64,000 nucleotides of DNA, from NCBI GenBank assembly GCA_035480035.1, contig DATIID010000001.1, positions 329,323 through 393,322 of the forward strand, given 5' to 3'. Positions 19,051 through 27,582 of this stretch are shown in pieces. The notes under the pieces were generated by a model. That model made no database searches, was not told the DNA's origin, and was given only the letters and a program-made list of their open reading frames with translations. Each line of letters starts with the position of its first letter. The first letter of the stretch is position 1. This stretch comes from Candidatus Saccharimonadales bacterium (GTDB taxonomy: Bacteria; Patescibacteriota; Saccharimonadia; Saccharimonadales; OMJO01). Position numbers and translations under genes: made by a program.

Positions 19051-19440
19051 ATGAATAAAGTTGTGGATTTTCCAGTCGAACGCACTAGAACACTCGAAAA
19101 AACGCCCAATTACAAGGCACGTAAAATTTTTGCGTCGGTTGTGGCTTTAGGTACTTTAGGTGTTGTTGGTGTAGTAACAACTAATACTTTTGTTACTGAA
19201 CAAACCGAATGTGCTACAACAACACCAGCTGACAGTCGTTGGCAAAGTGCACAATCTGCTTCAGACTTATTACAAGCTAAGGGCGTTTATATCCCTAACG
19301 AAAATGAAGTAGAAACTTTGGTCAGAACTCCACTTGGCGGTGAAGAAATTTGTGGTACGGCTTATATTGGAGCAACCGTTCTAAAACCTGTGGCTCAGCT
19401 AATTCACAATTATAATAACCTACATCGAGCTAGCGATTAA
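19051..19440 (+). CDS. Hypothetical membrane-anchored protein (129 aa)
   Basis: It is an ORF with one N-terminal TM helix (IFASVVALGTLGVVGVVTT). I see no recognisable motif. Confidence 0.45.
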   Translation: MNKVVDFPVERTRTLEKTPNYKARKIFASVVALGTLGVVGVVTTNTFVTEQTECATTTPADSRWQSAQSASDLLQAKGVYIPNENEVETLVRTPLGGEEICGTAYIGATVLKPVAQLIHNYNNLHRASD

Positions 19441-22331
19441 ACCACAAAATTAATCAATTTTTGCGGTACGTAAATCACTTTACGTACCGTTTTTGTATCT
19501 AGAAATTTAGCAACGTTGGCTTCGGCTTTGGCAGCAGTCTCAATGTCGTCTTGACCAACTCCGTTCGGTACTTCGATATTGGCTCTAACTTTACCATTAA
19601 CTTGGATAACGATAGTCATGGTGTCACTAACTATGTATCGGTCATCAAATATTGGCCAATGGCCAATGTGGACACTATCATCATGACCAAGTTGATGCCA
19701 CAGCTCCTCAGCAATATGTGGTGCAAATGGAGCAATCAGCATAACTAAACTCTCAAGCGCAAACTGCCAGGTCTCGCGATCGGCAAATTTATCAGACTTA
19801 AGTTTATACAGTTCGTTAGTGCACTGCATAGCCGCCGCTATGGCGGTGTTATATTTTTGATGTTCGATGTCATCCGACATTTTTTTAATGGTAGTGTGGA
19901 TAGTTTTAAGAATTCCATCTGTGTTCTTTGAGGTAGTGCTAATTTGGCTGGCCTTAAACTCGTCAACCAAGGTCCAAACTCGTGATAAAAAGCGATAGGT
20001 GCCCGGTACGCCTTGGGGATCCCACCTGGCCCAAAGTTCTAAAGGTGCGGCAAACATTAAATAAGTCCTTAGTGCATCTGCACCATATCCACTGTCAATG
20101 ATTTCTAGCGGATCAACACCGTTACCTTTACTCTTTGAAAACATTTGGCCGTCACTGGCCGTGACCTTACCGTTAAACAAGAATTGCTTGAATGGTTCGG
20201 GCTCGTTAATTAGCCCCAACCGCTTAAAAAAGCGGGCTACAAAACGGGCATAAAGTAAATGAGCCGTGGCGTGGTCGGCGCCGTTATAGAAATCGATCGG
20301 TTCCCATTTTTGGACAATTCTAGTATCAAAGATGGCTTTTTCGTTTTTTGGATCAAAGTAACGAAACATGTACCAGCTGCTGTCGATGTAAGTGTCGAGT
20401 GTGTCGGTTTCACGTTCAGCCGAACCACCACAGTTTGGACAGTCAACCTTCAACCAGTCAGTGGCTCGAGCTAAAGCACTACGCCCGTCACCGCTCGGGG
20501 CATAATCCTTTAGTTCCGGCAAAACTACCGGCAAATCCTCATCGGGTACTAACACGGCGCCGCAGTCAGGACAATGAATTATTGGAATCGGTGCGCCCCA
20601 ATAACGCTGGCGACTAACACTCCAATCACGCATTCGATAATTGGTTTTAACGCTAGCCAAGCCTTTTTTAGCTAAATCGTCGACCACTTTTTCACGCATG
20701 TCACTCGAGATTAGGCTATTATATTTACCAGAATTAACCATGATGCCTTCGCCGGTGTAGCATTCACCCAGTAGTAGTTGTCGATAAAAGGTTTCGTGAA
20801 TGCCATCGTCAAGCAAATTAGCGACTTTGTCTTTAGCTACCCACGTAACTTTAAACTTGTCGTTTTCGCCGTCATTCATGTCACGCTCAACTTGTTTGTT
20901 GCTGACCAGCTCGAATAACAAACCGGTACAATGGCCAACATAGTTTTTATTTTTAACGTTCGAGAAAAAGTAACCATGCCCGCGGGCAGCCAGTTGACGA
21001 ATAAATTTAATGTCGGTGAAGCCAGTTTCTTCGGCAATTTCTCGTTTAGCAGCTTCGACTAAATCTTCGCCAGGCTCGACACCGCCGCCGATTAACATTT
21101 GACCGCCAGTTCTTGGTAGCCGCGGTCCCCAATCAAGCACAATTACTTTATTATTTTTGGGGTTAAAAACAGCGGCGATAATTTTTTCCTTATGAATATC
21201 ATCGCCTTGCGGTTCACCATAAACCGGTTCAATCACATCAATAATCGGTAGGTCGAATTTGACGGCAAATTCATGATCACGGTCATCATGGGCGGGGACA
21301 GCCATAATGGCACCAGTGCCATAACCAGCTAAGACATAATCAGCAATCCAAATTGGTAGTTTTTCATGATTAGCCGGATTTATGGCATATGCCCCCGTAA
21401 AGACGCCAGTTTTGTGTTTGGCGGTTTGACGCTCTACTTCAGTCTTTTTTTCAGCGATTTTGACATAACTATCTACTTTAGACTTTTGCGATGAGGTAGT
21501 GATTTCGGAAACCAGTTCGTGTTCGGGCGCTAAAACCATAAAGGTTGCGCCAAATAAGGTATCCGGCCGGGTCGTAAAGACTTTGATATTGTGCTTCGAC
21601 TCACTGATAGTAAAGTCAATTTCGGCACCTTGGCTTTTGCCAATCCAATTACGCTGAGCCAGCTTGACGCTATCTGTCCAATCCAAATCATCAATGGCAT
21701 CGAGCAACTCGTCCGCAAAATCGGTAATTTTGAAAAACCATTGTTTAACTTCACGCTTTTCAACCATTGGGTCATCCGGTCCATCGTGGCGCCAGCACTT
21801 GCCATCGATGACCTGTTCGTTAGCTAGCACCGTATTATCAACGACGCACCACCACTGCAAACGTGAATCTTGATAAGCTAGACCGTGCTTGTGCATTTGA
21901 CTAAAGATCCATTGAGTCCATTTGTAGTAAATTGGTTCGTGACTGGCAATTTCTTTGCTCCAATCGTTACTCCAACCCATAGCTTTGTATTGATGATGGT
22001 AGTTAGGAATGATGTTGGCCATTGATTCCTGAGGTGACACGCCAGATTTGATGGCATAATTTTCGGCTGGCAAACCAAAAGAGTCCCAGCCAACTGGATG
22101 GTAGCTTTCATAGCCTTGTTGACGCTTAAATCGGGCCAAAACATCGCTGATGGTGTAGTTCATAGCATGACCAATATGAATACCGGCGCCACTCGGGTAG
22201 TTGAACATGCTCATGGCAATATATTTAATTTTGGAACTACTTAAGTTCGCCTTGTAAGTTTGGTGATCGTCCCAATACTTCTGCCAGCGTGGTTCTAGTT
22301 CCTTTGGGTCATAACGTATCATACCAATCAA
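19437..22331 (-). CDS. leuS: Leucyl-tRNA synthetase with an inserted Nudix-like domain (964 aa)
   Basis: It has HIGH (IHIGHAMNY), the CP1 motifs TTRPDTLFG and AVPAHDDRDHEF, the Zn knuckles CPDCG/CPNCG and a KMSKS variant FSKSK. It also has an extra ~145 aa carrying the Nudix box GGVEPGEDLVEAAKREIAEETGF. Confidence 0.9.
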   Translation of the reverse strand: MIGMIRYDPKELEPRWQKYWDDHQTYKANLSSSKIKYIAMSMFNYPSGAGIHIGHAMNYTISDVLARFKRQQGYESYHPVGWDSFGLPAENYAIKSGVSPQESMANIIPNYHHQYKAMGWSNDWSKEIASHEPIYYKWTQWIFSQMHKHGLAYQDSRLQWWCVVDNTVLANEQVIDGKCWRHDGPDDPMVEKREVKQWFFKITDFADELLDAIDDLDWTDSVKLAQRNWIGKSQGAEIDFTISESKHNIKVFTTRPDTLFGATFMVLAPEHELVSEITTSSQKSKVDSYVKIAEKKTEVERQTAKHKTGVFTGAYAINPANHEKLPIWIADYVLAGYGTGAIMAVPAHDDRDHEFAVKFDLPIIDVIEPVYGEPQGDDIHKEKIIAAVFNPKNNKVIVLDWGPRLPRTGGQMLIGGGVEPGEDLVEAAKREIAEETGFTDIKFIRQLAARGHGYFFSNVKNKNYVGHCTGLLFELVSNKQVERDMNDGENDKFKVTWVAKDKVANLLDDGIHETFYRQLLLGECYTGEGIMVNSGKYNSLISSDMREKVVDDLAKKGLASVKTNYRMRDWSVSRQRYWGAPIPIIHCPDCGAVLVPDEDLPVVLPELKDYAPSGDGRSALARATDWLKVDCPNCGGSAERETDTLDTYIDSSWYMFRYFDPKNEKAIFDTRIVQKWEPIDFYNGADHATAHLLYARFVARFFKRLGLINEPEPFKQFLFNGKVTASDGQMFSKSKGNGVDPLEIIDSGYGADALRTYLMFAAPLELWARWDPQGVPGTYRFLSRVWTLVDEFKASQISTTSKNTDGILKTIHTTIKKMSDDIEHQKYNTAIAAAMQCTNELYKLKSDKFADRETWQFALESLVMLIAPFAPHIAEELWHQLGHDDSVHIGHWPIFDDRYIVSDTMTIVIQVNGKVRANIEVPNGVGQDDIETAAKAEANVAKFLDTKTVRKVIYVPQKLINFVV

Positions 22332-22408
22332 TTATCTCACGAAATTTAACAGGTTGTCTTATCTGTCTATCACCTTATCATAGACAATCGTTTCGACAAA
22401 AGAATAGA

Positions 22409-23230
22409 TTATTCCGGCAAATACTTGCCAAAGTATTCAACTTGTCCAGTAATTGGTCCGCCAGCTAATTGGTTAATGGTAACAAAATGATAATGGCCTT
22501 TTAATTCGTTTAATATTTTAGGCAGGGCTTCGACCGTTTGACTAAGCGAGTCGTGAAAGATTATTACACTCCCCGGTTTTACTGTCGCAATAGTATTAGC
22601 CGTAATATCATCTGCTGATTTTCTGGCCCAATCTTTGGGATCAACATTCCATAGTATGAACGGCATATTTACAGCTTGATGCACTAGGTGGTTACGGGAC
22701 TCATAAGGTGGCCGAAAATATTGCGGCGCCGGCAAACCAGCGGTGACAACAGCCGCCTGGGTCTTAGAGATTTGGTCTTGTATTTCAGGGACTGTTAATC
22801 GAGTAAAGTCCGGATGGCTCCAACTATGGTTACCGACCTCGTCGCCGTCAGTCTGCATTCGTTTTAACAATAGCTGATTCGGCGCTACACGATTACCAAT
22901 AACAAAAAAGGTAGCTTGAGCATGAACGCCTTCTAGGGCATCAAGAATTTTCGGTGTCGTGAGTGGGTTTGGACCATCGTCAAATGTTAAAGCAATACAG
23001 GCCTCAATCTCACAATTCACTGGACCTGGTACGTAGGCAGCGTATTGATAAAAATTGTAAAGGGTGACTTCGGTCGGTAAAAAAACGTGGACTGTATTGA
23101 TTGGTGGAAGCGGACTAGGCAAGTCGGGATATAGACTCTCGGCTGAAGCACGCATACTATTTAAGCCCACTGTCAAAATAACAGCTATCAATGCCGTACC
23201 AAAATGAACAGAATTAGTCGTATGTCTCAA
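22409..23230 (-). CDS. Secreted polysaccharide deacetylase (NodB/CE4 family)
   Basis: It has a signal peptide plus TFDDGP, HSWSHP and a NodB-domain layout. Confidence 0.8.
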   Translation of the reverse strand: MRHTTNSVHFGTALIAVILTVGLNSMRASAESLYPDLPSPLPPINTVHVFLPTEVTLYNFYQYAAYVPGPVNCEIEACIALTFDDGPNPLTTPKILDALEGVHAQATFFVIGNRVAPNQLLLKRMQTDGDEVGNHSWSHPDFTRLTVPEIQDQISKTQAAVVTAGLPAPQYFRPPYESRNHLVHQAVNMPFILWNVDPKDWARKSADDITANTIATVKPGSVIIFHDSLSQTVEALPKILNELKGHYHFVTINQLAGGPITGQVEYFGKYLPE

Positions 23231-23297
23231 AAGCCTACCTCTAAGCCTTACAATTGATAGTATAAACTAGACAATCAAGCTTCGACTAGTGATAATC

Positions 23298-24314
23298 TTA
23301 CAAACGTCGTAATTTACGTCGACCGGTTTCAAAAATATAAGTTGCCGCATACTTAGCCTGATTGACGACCACGTCACGGGCTGGCAAATAGGCCACATCT
23401 TCACCGCCAAAACCACGTTTAAAAACCGATACGCCGTAAAAGCGGTGCTTTGTTTGGCCATGATCGGTCACCCCCCAGAAGTTATAGCGCTTGCAGCCAC
23501 GCTGCCTGGCTTCGTGAATCGCCGCCCATTGAATTGCATAAGCACCTGGTAATTCCCGCGCCAAATCAGTACTGGCACCGTAATGATAGGCGGCTTCTGA
23601 ACCATAAAAAATAATAAAAGCCATAGTTAGCAGCCGACCATTATGAGTTGCTTTATAAAGAATAGCCTGATCAGCTTCAGTAAAAGTTTGAAATTGAGCT
23701 GTTAAAAACTTGGTCGAAAATGGTACAAATTGTTGACGCTTGGCCGTTTCTAATTGAAGTTTACAAAAACCAGCAATGTCATCGCTAGCTTCAACTTTAA
23801 TACCTAGTTTTTGAGCTCGGTTAATCTCATAACGAGCGCCTTTACGCATAGAGTGTTTCAGCTCTTCGTCTGTTTTTGATAGATCAAGTTGTGATGTTAG
23901 ATCGGCTGTGACGTGCATTGGTGATACACGAAAGCCAAGTTGTTTAAATAATTGTCGTGAATCGGGAGTATCAATCAATTGTGGCCGAACGCGAGCGAAT
24001 AAACATTTATGGTCTTTAGCTAGGCGTTTTAATTCATTAACCCACAGTTTAACTAATCCATCATTTGACCAATCAATAATCGGGCCAGCAGGTACTACCA
24101 AATGACGACCACGTTTAGCCGGTTCAACGACTGCCAGCATGACACCAATTAGTTTAGTATTTTCATAAAAACCTAGTCGAATAATTTGATGATTAAGCTG
24201 CAGATGAAATTCACCCCAATTCCATGATTGTAAGAAATTTGCTTCATGGTGAACAGCCATAAAGTTTTCCCATTCTGTTTGATTGTCTACGGTTTTTGTT
24301 GTGATGTCTGCCAC
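23298..24314 (-). CDS. FemAB-family aminoacyl-tRNA-dependent peptidoglycan peptide-bridge transferase
   Basis: It has FLQSWNWGEF, AAYHYGAST and a C-terminal GVSVFKRGFGG, which are typical of FemX/FemAB. Its start overlaps the DegT gene by 28 nt. Confidence 0.7.
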   Translation of the reverse strand: MADITTKTVDNQTEWENFMAVHHEANFLQSWNWGEFHLQLNHQIIRLGFYENTKLIGVMLAVVEPAKRGRHLVVPAGPIIDWSNDGLVKLWVNELKRLAKDHKCLFARVRPQLIDTPDSRQLFKQLGFRVSPMHVTADLTSQLDLSKTDEELKHSMRKGARYEINRAQKLGIKVEASDDIAGFCKLQLETAKRQQFVPFSTKFLTAQFQTFTEADQAILYKATHNGRLLTMAFIIFYGSEAAYHYGASTDLARELPGAYAIQWAAIHEARQRGCKRYNFWGVTDHGQTKHRFYGVSVFKRGFGGEDVAYLPARDVVVNQAKYAATYIFETGRRKLRRL

Positions 24315-25486
24315 AGCTTGATTTTAGCACAAATGTCTTTGGCGACCTCTGGTGAAACATGGCGATGGGTTGGTAAGTTCACGATTGTTTGACTGAGCTG
24401 TTCCGACCTGGGACATAAACCGGACTTATAGTCAGTTTGTTCCAAATATTTTTTTGGCCCAATCGGCGCGTCATACCATGTATCGCCAATATAAATTTGG
24501 GAAGTCTTCATGAACGCTACTAAGTTAGCTCGGTCCTGAACCGTGATCGGGAACCTAAGAAAACTTGGCTGACCAAAGTGATGTTTAATCAGTTGCAGTG
24601 AAGACGGAATTTCTTGTTGATAAATCGCGGCGATTTGACGACGATGTTCAATTTCACTGTTTTCATTTGATAAGCGTTGAATTAGTAGTTCTGCGGCGCT
24701 CGACGGCATCAGGTGTAGACCGCTTAAATCATCGCTCATGGGTGTCGCCAATAAATTCAAACTTTTTAGACAATAGTGTAAAATCCGCCCAAGGCCAATC
24801 GGATAGGTCATTCTAATTAAAGCTGTCCAAAACGGATACCAGCGGTTTTTAATAATTTGAGTTCGGTTAATCTTGGTTAGTTTTAGCTCATCTGGGTGAT
24901 TAGTGTGTCGTCGATCAATCATCGCACCGCCAGCCACTACATCAATGGTTTTATCCTGACTGAATGACAACATAGTTAAATCACCGACTGCACCAGCTAG
25001 CTGACCATTTTCATAAATCGTACCAATGCTGTGGGCTAGGTCCTCAATAATCATAATGTTTTGCTGACTACAATAAGACACTAGAGCTGCTAGGTTAACC
25101 GGGTAGCCGAGTGTGTTTTGAATTATCACAGCTTTAAGATTTGGGTTTTGCTGATGAACCGTCTGTAATTCGGCAACCCCGAAATTAAGTTCATTATCAG
25201 CAATATCAATAAAAACCGGTAGATAGCCAGCATTTTTAATAGCTGAATAAACCACATAACAAGTAAACCCATTAATGCCAACTTGACTTCCCTTTGGTAA
25301 CCCACTTTTTAATAGCGCCAGCTCAAGCGCCTCGCGGCCTTTATAAGTTAGTTCGACTGAACCGCCATATTTTTTAGATAACAACTCTTTTAATCGATCG
25401 TTGGCCGAGGCTTTCGCCCGAACGGTTAATGATCGCCATACATCTGACCAGTTGTAATTTGAACCAAGCGAGTTAAAAACCGCCAT
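24287..25486 (-). CDS. DegT/DnrJ/EryC1-family PLP-dependent aminotransferase
   Basis: It has IIEDLAHSIG and SFSQDKTI (the PLP lysine context), and its length fits the family. Confidence 0.7.
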   Translation of the reverse strand: MAVFNSLGSNYNWSDVWRSLTVRAKASANDRLKELLSKKYGGSVELTYKGREALELALLKSGLPKGSQVGINGFTCYVVYSAIKNAGYLPVFIDIADNELNFGVAELQTVHQQNPNLKAVIIQNTLGYPVNLAALVSYCSQQNIMIIEDLAHSIGTIYENGQLAGAVGDLTMLSFSQDKTIDVVAGGAMIDRRHTNHPDELKLTKINRTQIIKNRWYPFWTALIRMTYPIGLGRILHYCLKSLNLLATPMSDDLSGLHLMPSSAAELLIQRLSNENSEIEHRRQIAAIYQQEIPSSLQLIKHHFGQPSFLRFPITVQDRANLVAFMKTSQIYIGDTWYDAPIGPKKYLEQTDYKSGLCPRSEQLSQTIVNLPTHRHVSPEVAKDICAKIKLWQTSQQKP

Positions 25487-25488
25487 GG

Positions 25489-26178
25489 CTAATCTTGAAT
25501 AGCCTTTTCGATTAAATCAGCAACCTCTTGTGGATGGTTAAAGAATGGGGCATGTCGAGCGTCGTTAATCACTTGTAATTTAGAACCGCTGATTTGACGT
25601 TGCATAGCTTCACCGTCGCTAATCGGCGTGATGGTATCTTGGCGACCCCAGATAATTGTGACTGGCAATTTAATTTTATTGAAATCTATCCGTTGATCGG
25701 CCGCCAGCATGTTACGCATTGTCAACCGCATGTTAGGTGAAGCTTCGTAATAATCACGAGCGCCAATTGTTTTATACACAACCTTACGCACACCAGGAAT
25801 TTTACTAAACGGCTTACCGACTTTGGCCAAATATTTTAATGTTTTAAGTTTAGTGACTGACCGGAGCTGATTGTGGGCAATGCCGGCGCTATCAATTAAA
25901 ATCAATCGGCCAATTTTATCTGGGTAAACATTTATAAAGGCTAGAGCAATGCGGCCGCCGTTAGAGTGGCCAATCACAACTGGATTCTGGATATCAGCTA
26001 ATTGTTCGGATAGCCAATCAATATAGCCATTTATGTCCCAAACTTGATTACTCGATGCCGTTAGACCAGGCACTTTTAACAATATTGGCTCGATACCTCG
26101 TTCCTTTAGATTTTGAATTAGCGGTTCCCATTTTTCTAAGTTGTAAGTCCAACCGTGAATAATAAATACTTGCTTCAT
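25489..26178 (-). CDS. Alpha/beta-fold hydrolase
   Basis: It has the nucleophile elbow GHSNGG and a C-terminal DARHAPF motif. Confidence 0.7.
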   Translation of the reverse strand: MKQVFIIHGWTYNLEKWEPLIQNLKERGIEPILLKVPGLTASSNQVWDINGYIDWLSEQLADIQNPVVIGHSNGGRIALAFINVYPDKIGRLILIDSAGIAHNQLRSVTKLKTLKYLAKVGKPFSKIPGVRKVVYKTIGARDYYEASPNMRLTMRNMLAADQRIDFNKIKLPVTIIWGRQDTITPISDGEAMQRQISGSKLQVINDARHAPFFNHPQEVADLIEKAIQD

Positions 26179-27458
26179 CTAGGCAGCCCCCAGTCTTGAC
26201 GACGCTTTGTCCACACCGAACCGCGTCGAACTAATTGATCGGCTTGCTTTGGATCTGCCAATAATTGTTCAATCACGCCTTCGAGCCCCAGAGCGCCCTT
26301 AAACAAGATAACTTCACCGCCGTGTAGTTGGGCATTAAGATAATCAAGCACCTCTCCGGCGGTAATAAAACTTACCAATTTACCGGCCTCGAGTTTAGCT
26401 TGTAGCAAAGGATAGGTGAATTGGTGCGTACGACGACCGAGCAGAATTACTTTGTCAAATTGGTACTGCTCAATAACCAGTGCTAAACGTTTATGTTCGT
26501 CAGCTTCAATACTGCCCTGCTCTAAAATATCAGACATGACCAGCCACTTAGTCAAACTAAATGGATAGTCAGCTAATAAAGTTATGACGGCGGTGGCCGC
26601 CCCGAGACCATTATTGTATGTACTATCAATTAAAGTGGTATTCTTTTGGCCTTTATAAATATTATTTCGACCGGGTGGAATAATTAATTTTTGATAACTG
26701 GGATCAACTGTTATGCCTAGGTAACTGGTCAGCTCATTAACCATTTGAAGACTCAAGCCCGTATCTTTAGGATGTAAACCCGGTAATGTGATGGTCTGAT
26801 TGTCGAGCGAAAATATAGTTTGATCGGTTTTAACTTGATAATTAGTGGTTTTAGTTGCACTAACTTGTTTTATGGTTGTCCCTGTGACCGCTCGTTTCAA
26901 CTGATTAACAAGTTCCGTTTGATCACCATTGGCAATGATTAGCTTGGTAGCTTGAGCCACAAAATTACCAAACTCGTTGGCAATAGCGGCTTCATGGTTG
27001 GTGAACTGTCCACTCTTAACTTGATTGTCAAAATTCATACTGTGGGTGTTATAAACACTAATCCACATTACGACTTCCGGCTTCAGTAGCTTAGCCGTAA
27101 AAGCACCCTCGTTCGGTCGGTCACAATCGGCTTCAACCACGTATAATTTAACTTCGGGTAATTGACGCCAAATATGAAATGGTGCAACTACAAAATATTT
27201 TAACCACTCGATTCTCGAGGTGATATTTGATTCTAGACCTAGAATATGAAAGGGAATGCCAATAGCACTGTTGGCGTGGTGACTATAAACGGCTCGGTCG
27301 CCCAGTTGAGCTTCTGTGAGATGAAGTAAGCTTGTCTTACCACTAGACCCGGTTATAACAATAATCCGTGGTTGCCAACGTCGTAAAACAAATTTAGCCC
27401 AGAAAGCAAAATAAGTTGCGACTACAAAATAAAGCCGCTTTTTTACCGTATGAAGCAT
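26175..27458 (-). CDS. Mur-ligase-family protein (MurF/MurT-like, atypical)
   Basis: It has the P-loop ITGSSGKTS and a Mur-ligase central and C-terminal layout, with a hydrophobic N-terminus. Confidence 0.6.
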   Translation of the reverse strand: MLHTVKKRLYFVVATYFAFWAKFVLRRWQPRIIVITGSSGKTSLLHLTEAQLGDRAVYSHHANSAIGIPFHILGLESNITSRIEWLKYFVVAPFHIWRQLPEVKLYVVEADCDRPNEGAFTAKLLKPEVVMWISVYNTHSMNFDNQVKSGQFTNHEAAIANEFGNFVAQATKLIIANGDQTELVNQLKRAVTGTTIKQVSATKTTNYQVKTDQTIFSLDNQTITLPGLHPKDTGLSLQMVNELTSYLGITVDPSYQKLIIPPGRNNIYKGQKNTTLIDSTYNNGLGAATAVITLLADYPFSLTKWLVMSDILEQGSIEADEHKRLALVIEQYQFDKVILLGRRTHQFTYPLLQAKLEAGKLVSFITAGEVLDYLNAQLHGGEVILFKGALGLEGVIEQLLADPKQADQLVRRGSVWTKRRQDWGLPR

Positions 27459-27582
27459 GAGCTTATTTTACAGCAATCTGATGTTTAGAGGTATCGCAAG
27501 AAAATGGTGGAGCATCCGCGGTATAACCTTGGATGCCCCATGCCGTTTCATGCTATCAAAGAATTACATGCAGTTAAAGCTT

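Noticed and set aside
19551-22144. Several 65-91 aa track ORFs inside leuS on both strands
   Set aside because: They are shadow ORFs within a 964-aa gene with clear synthetase motifs.
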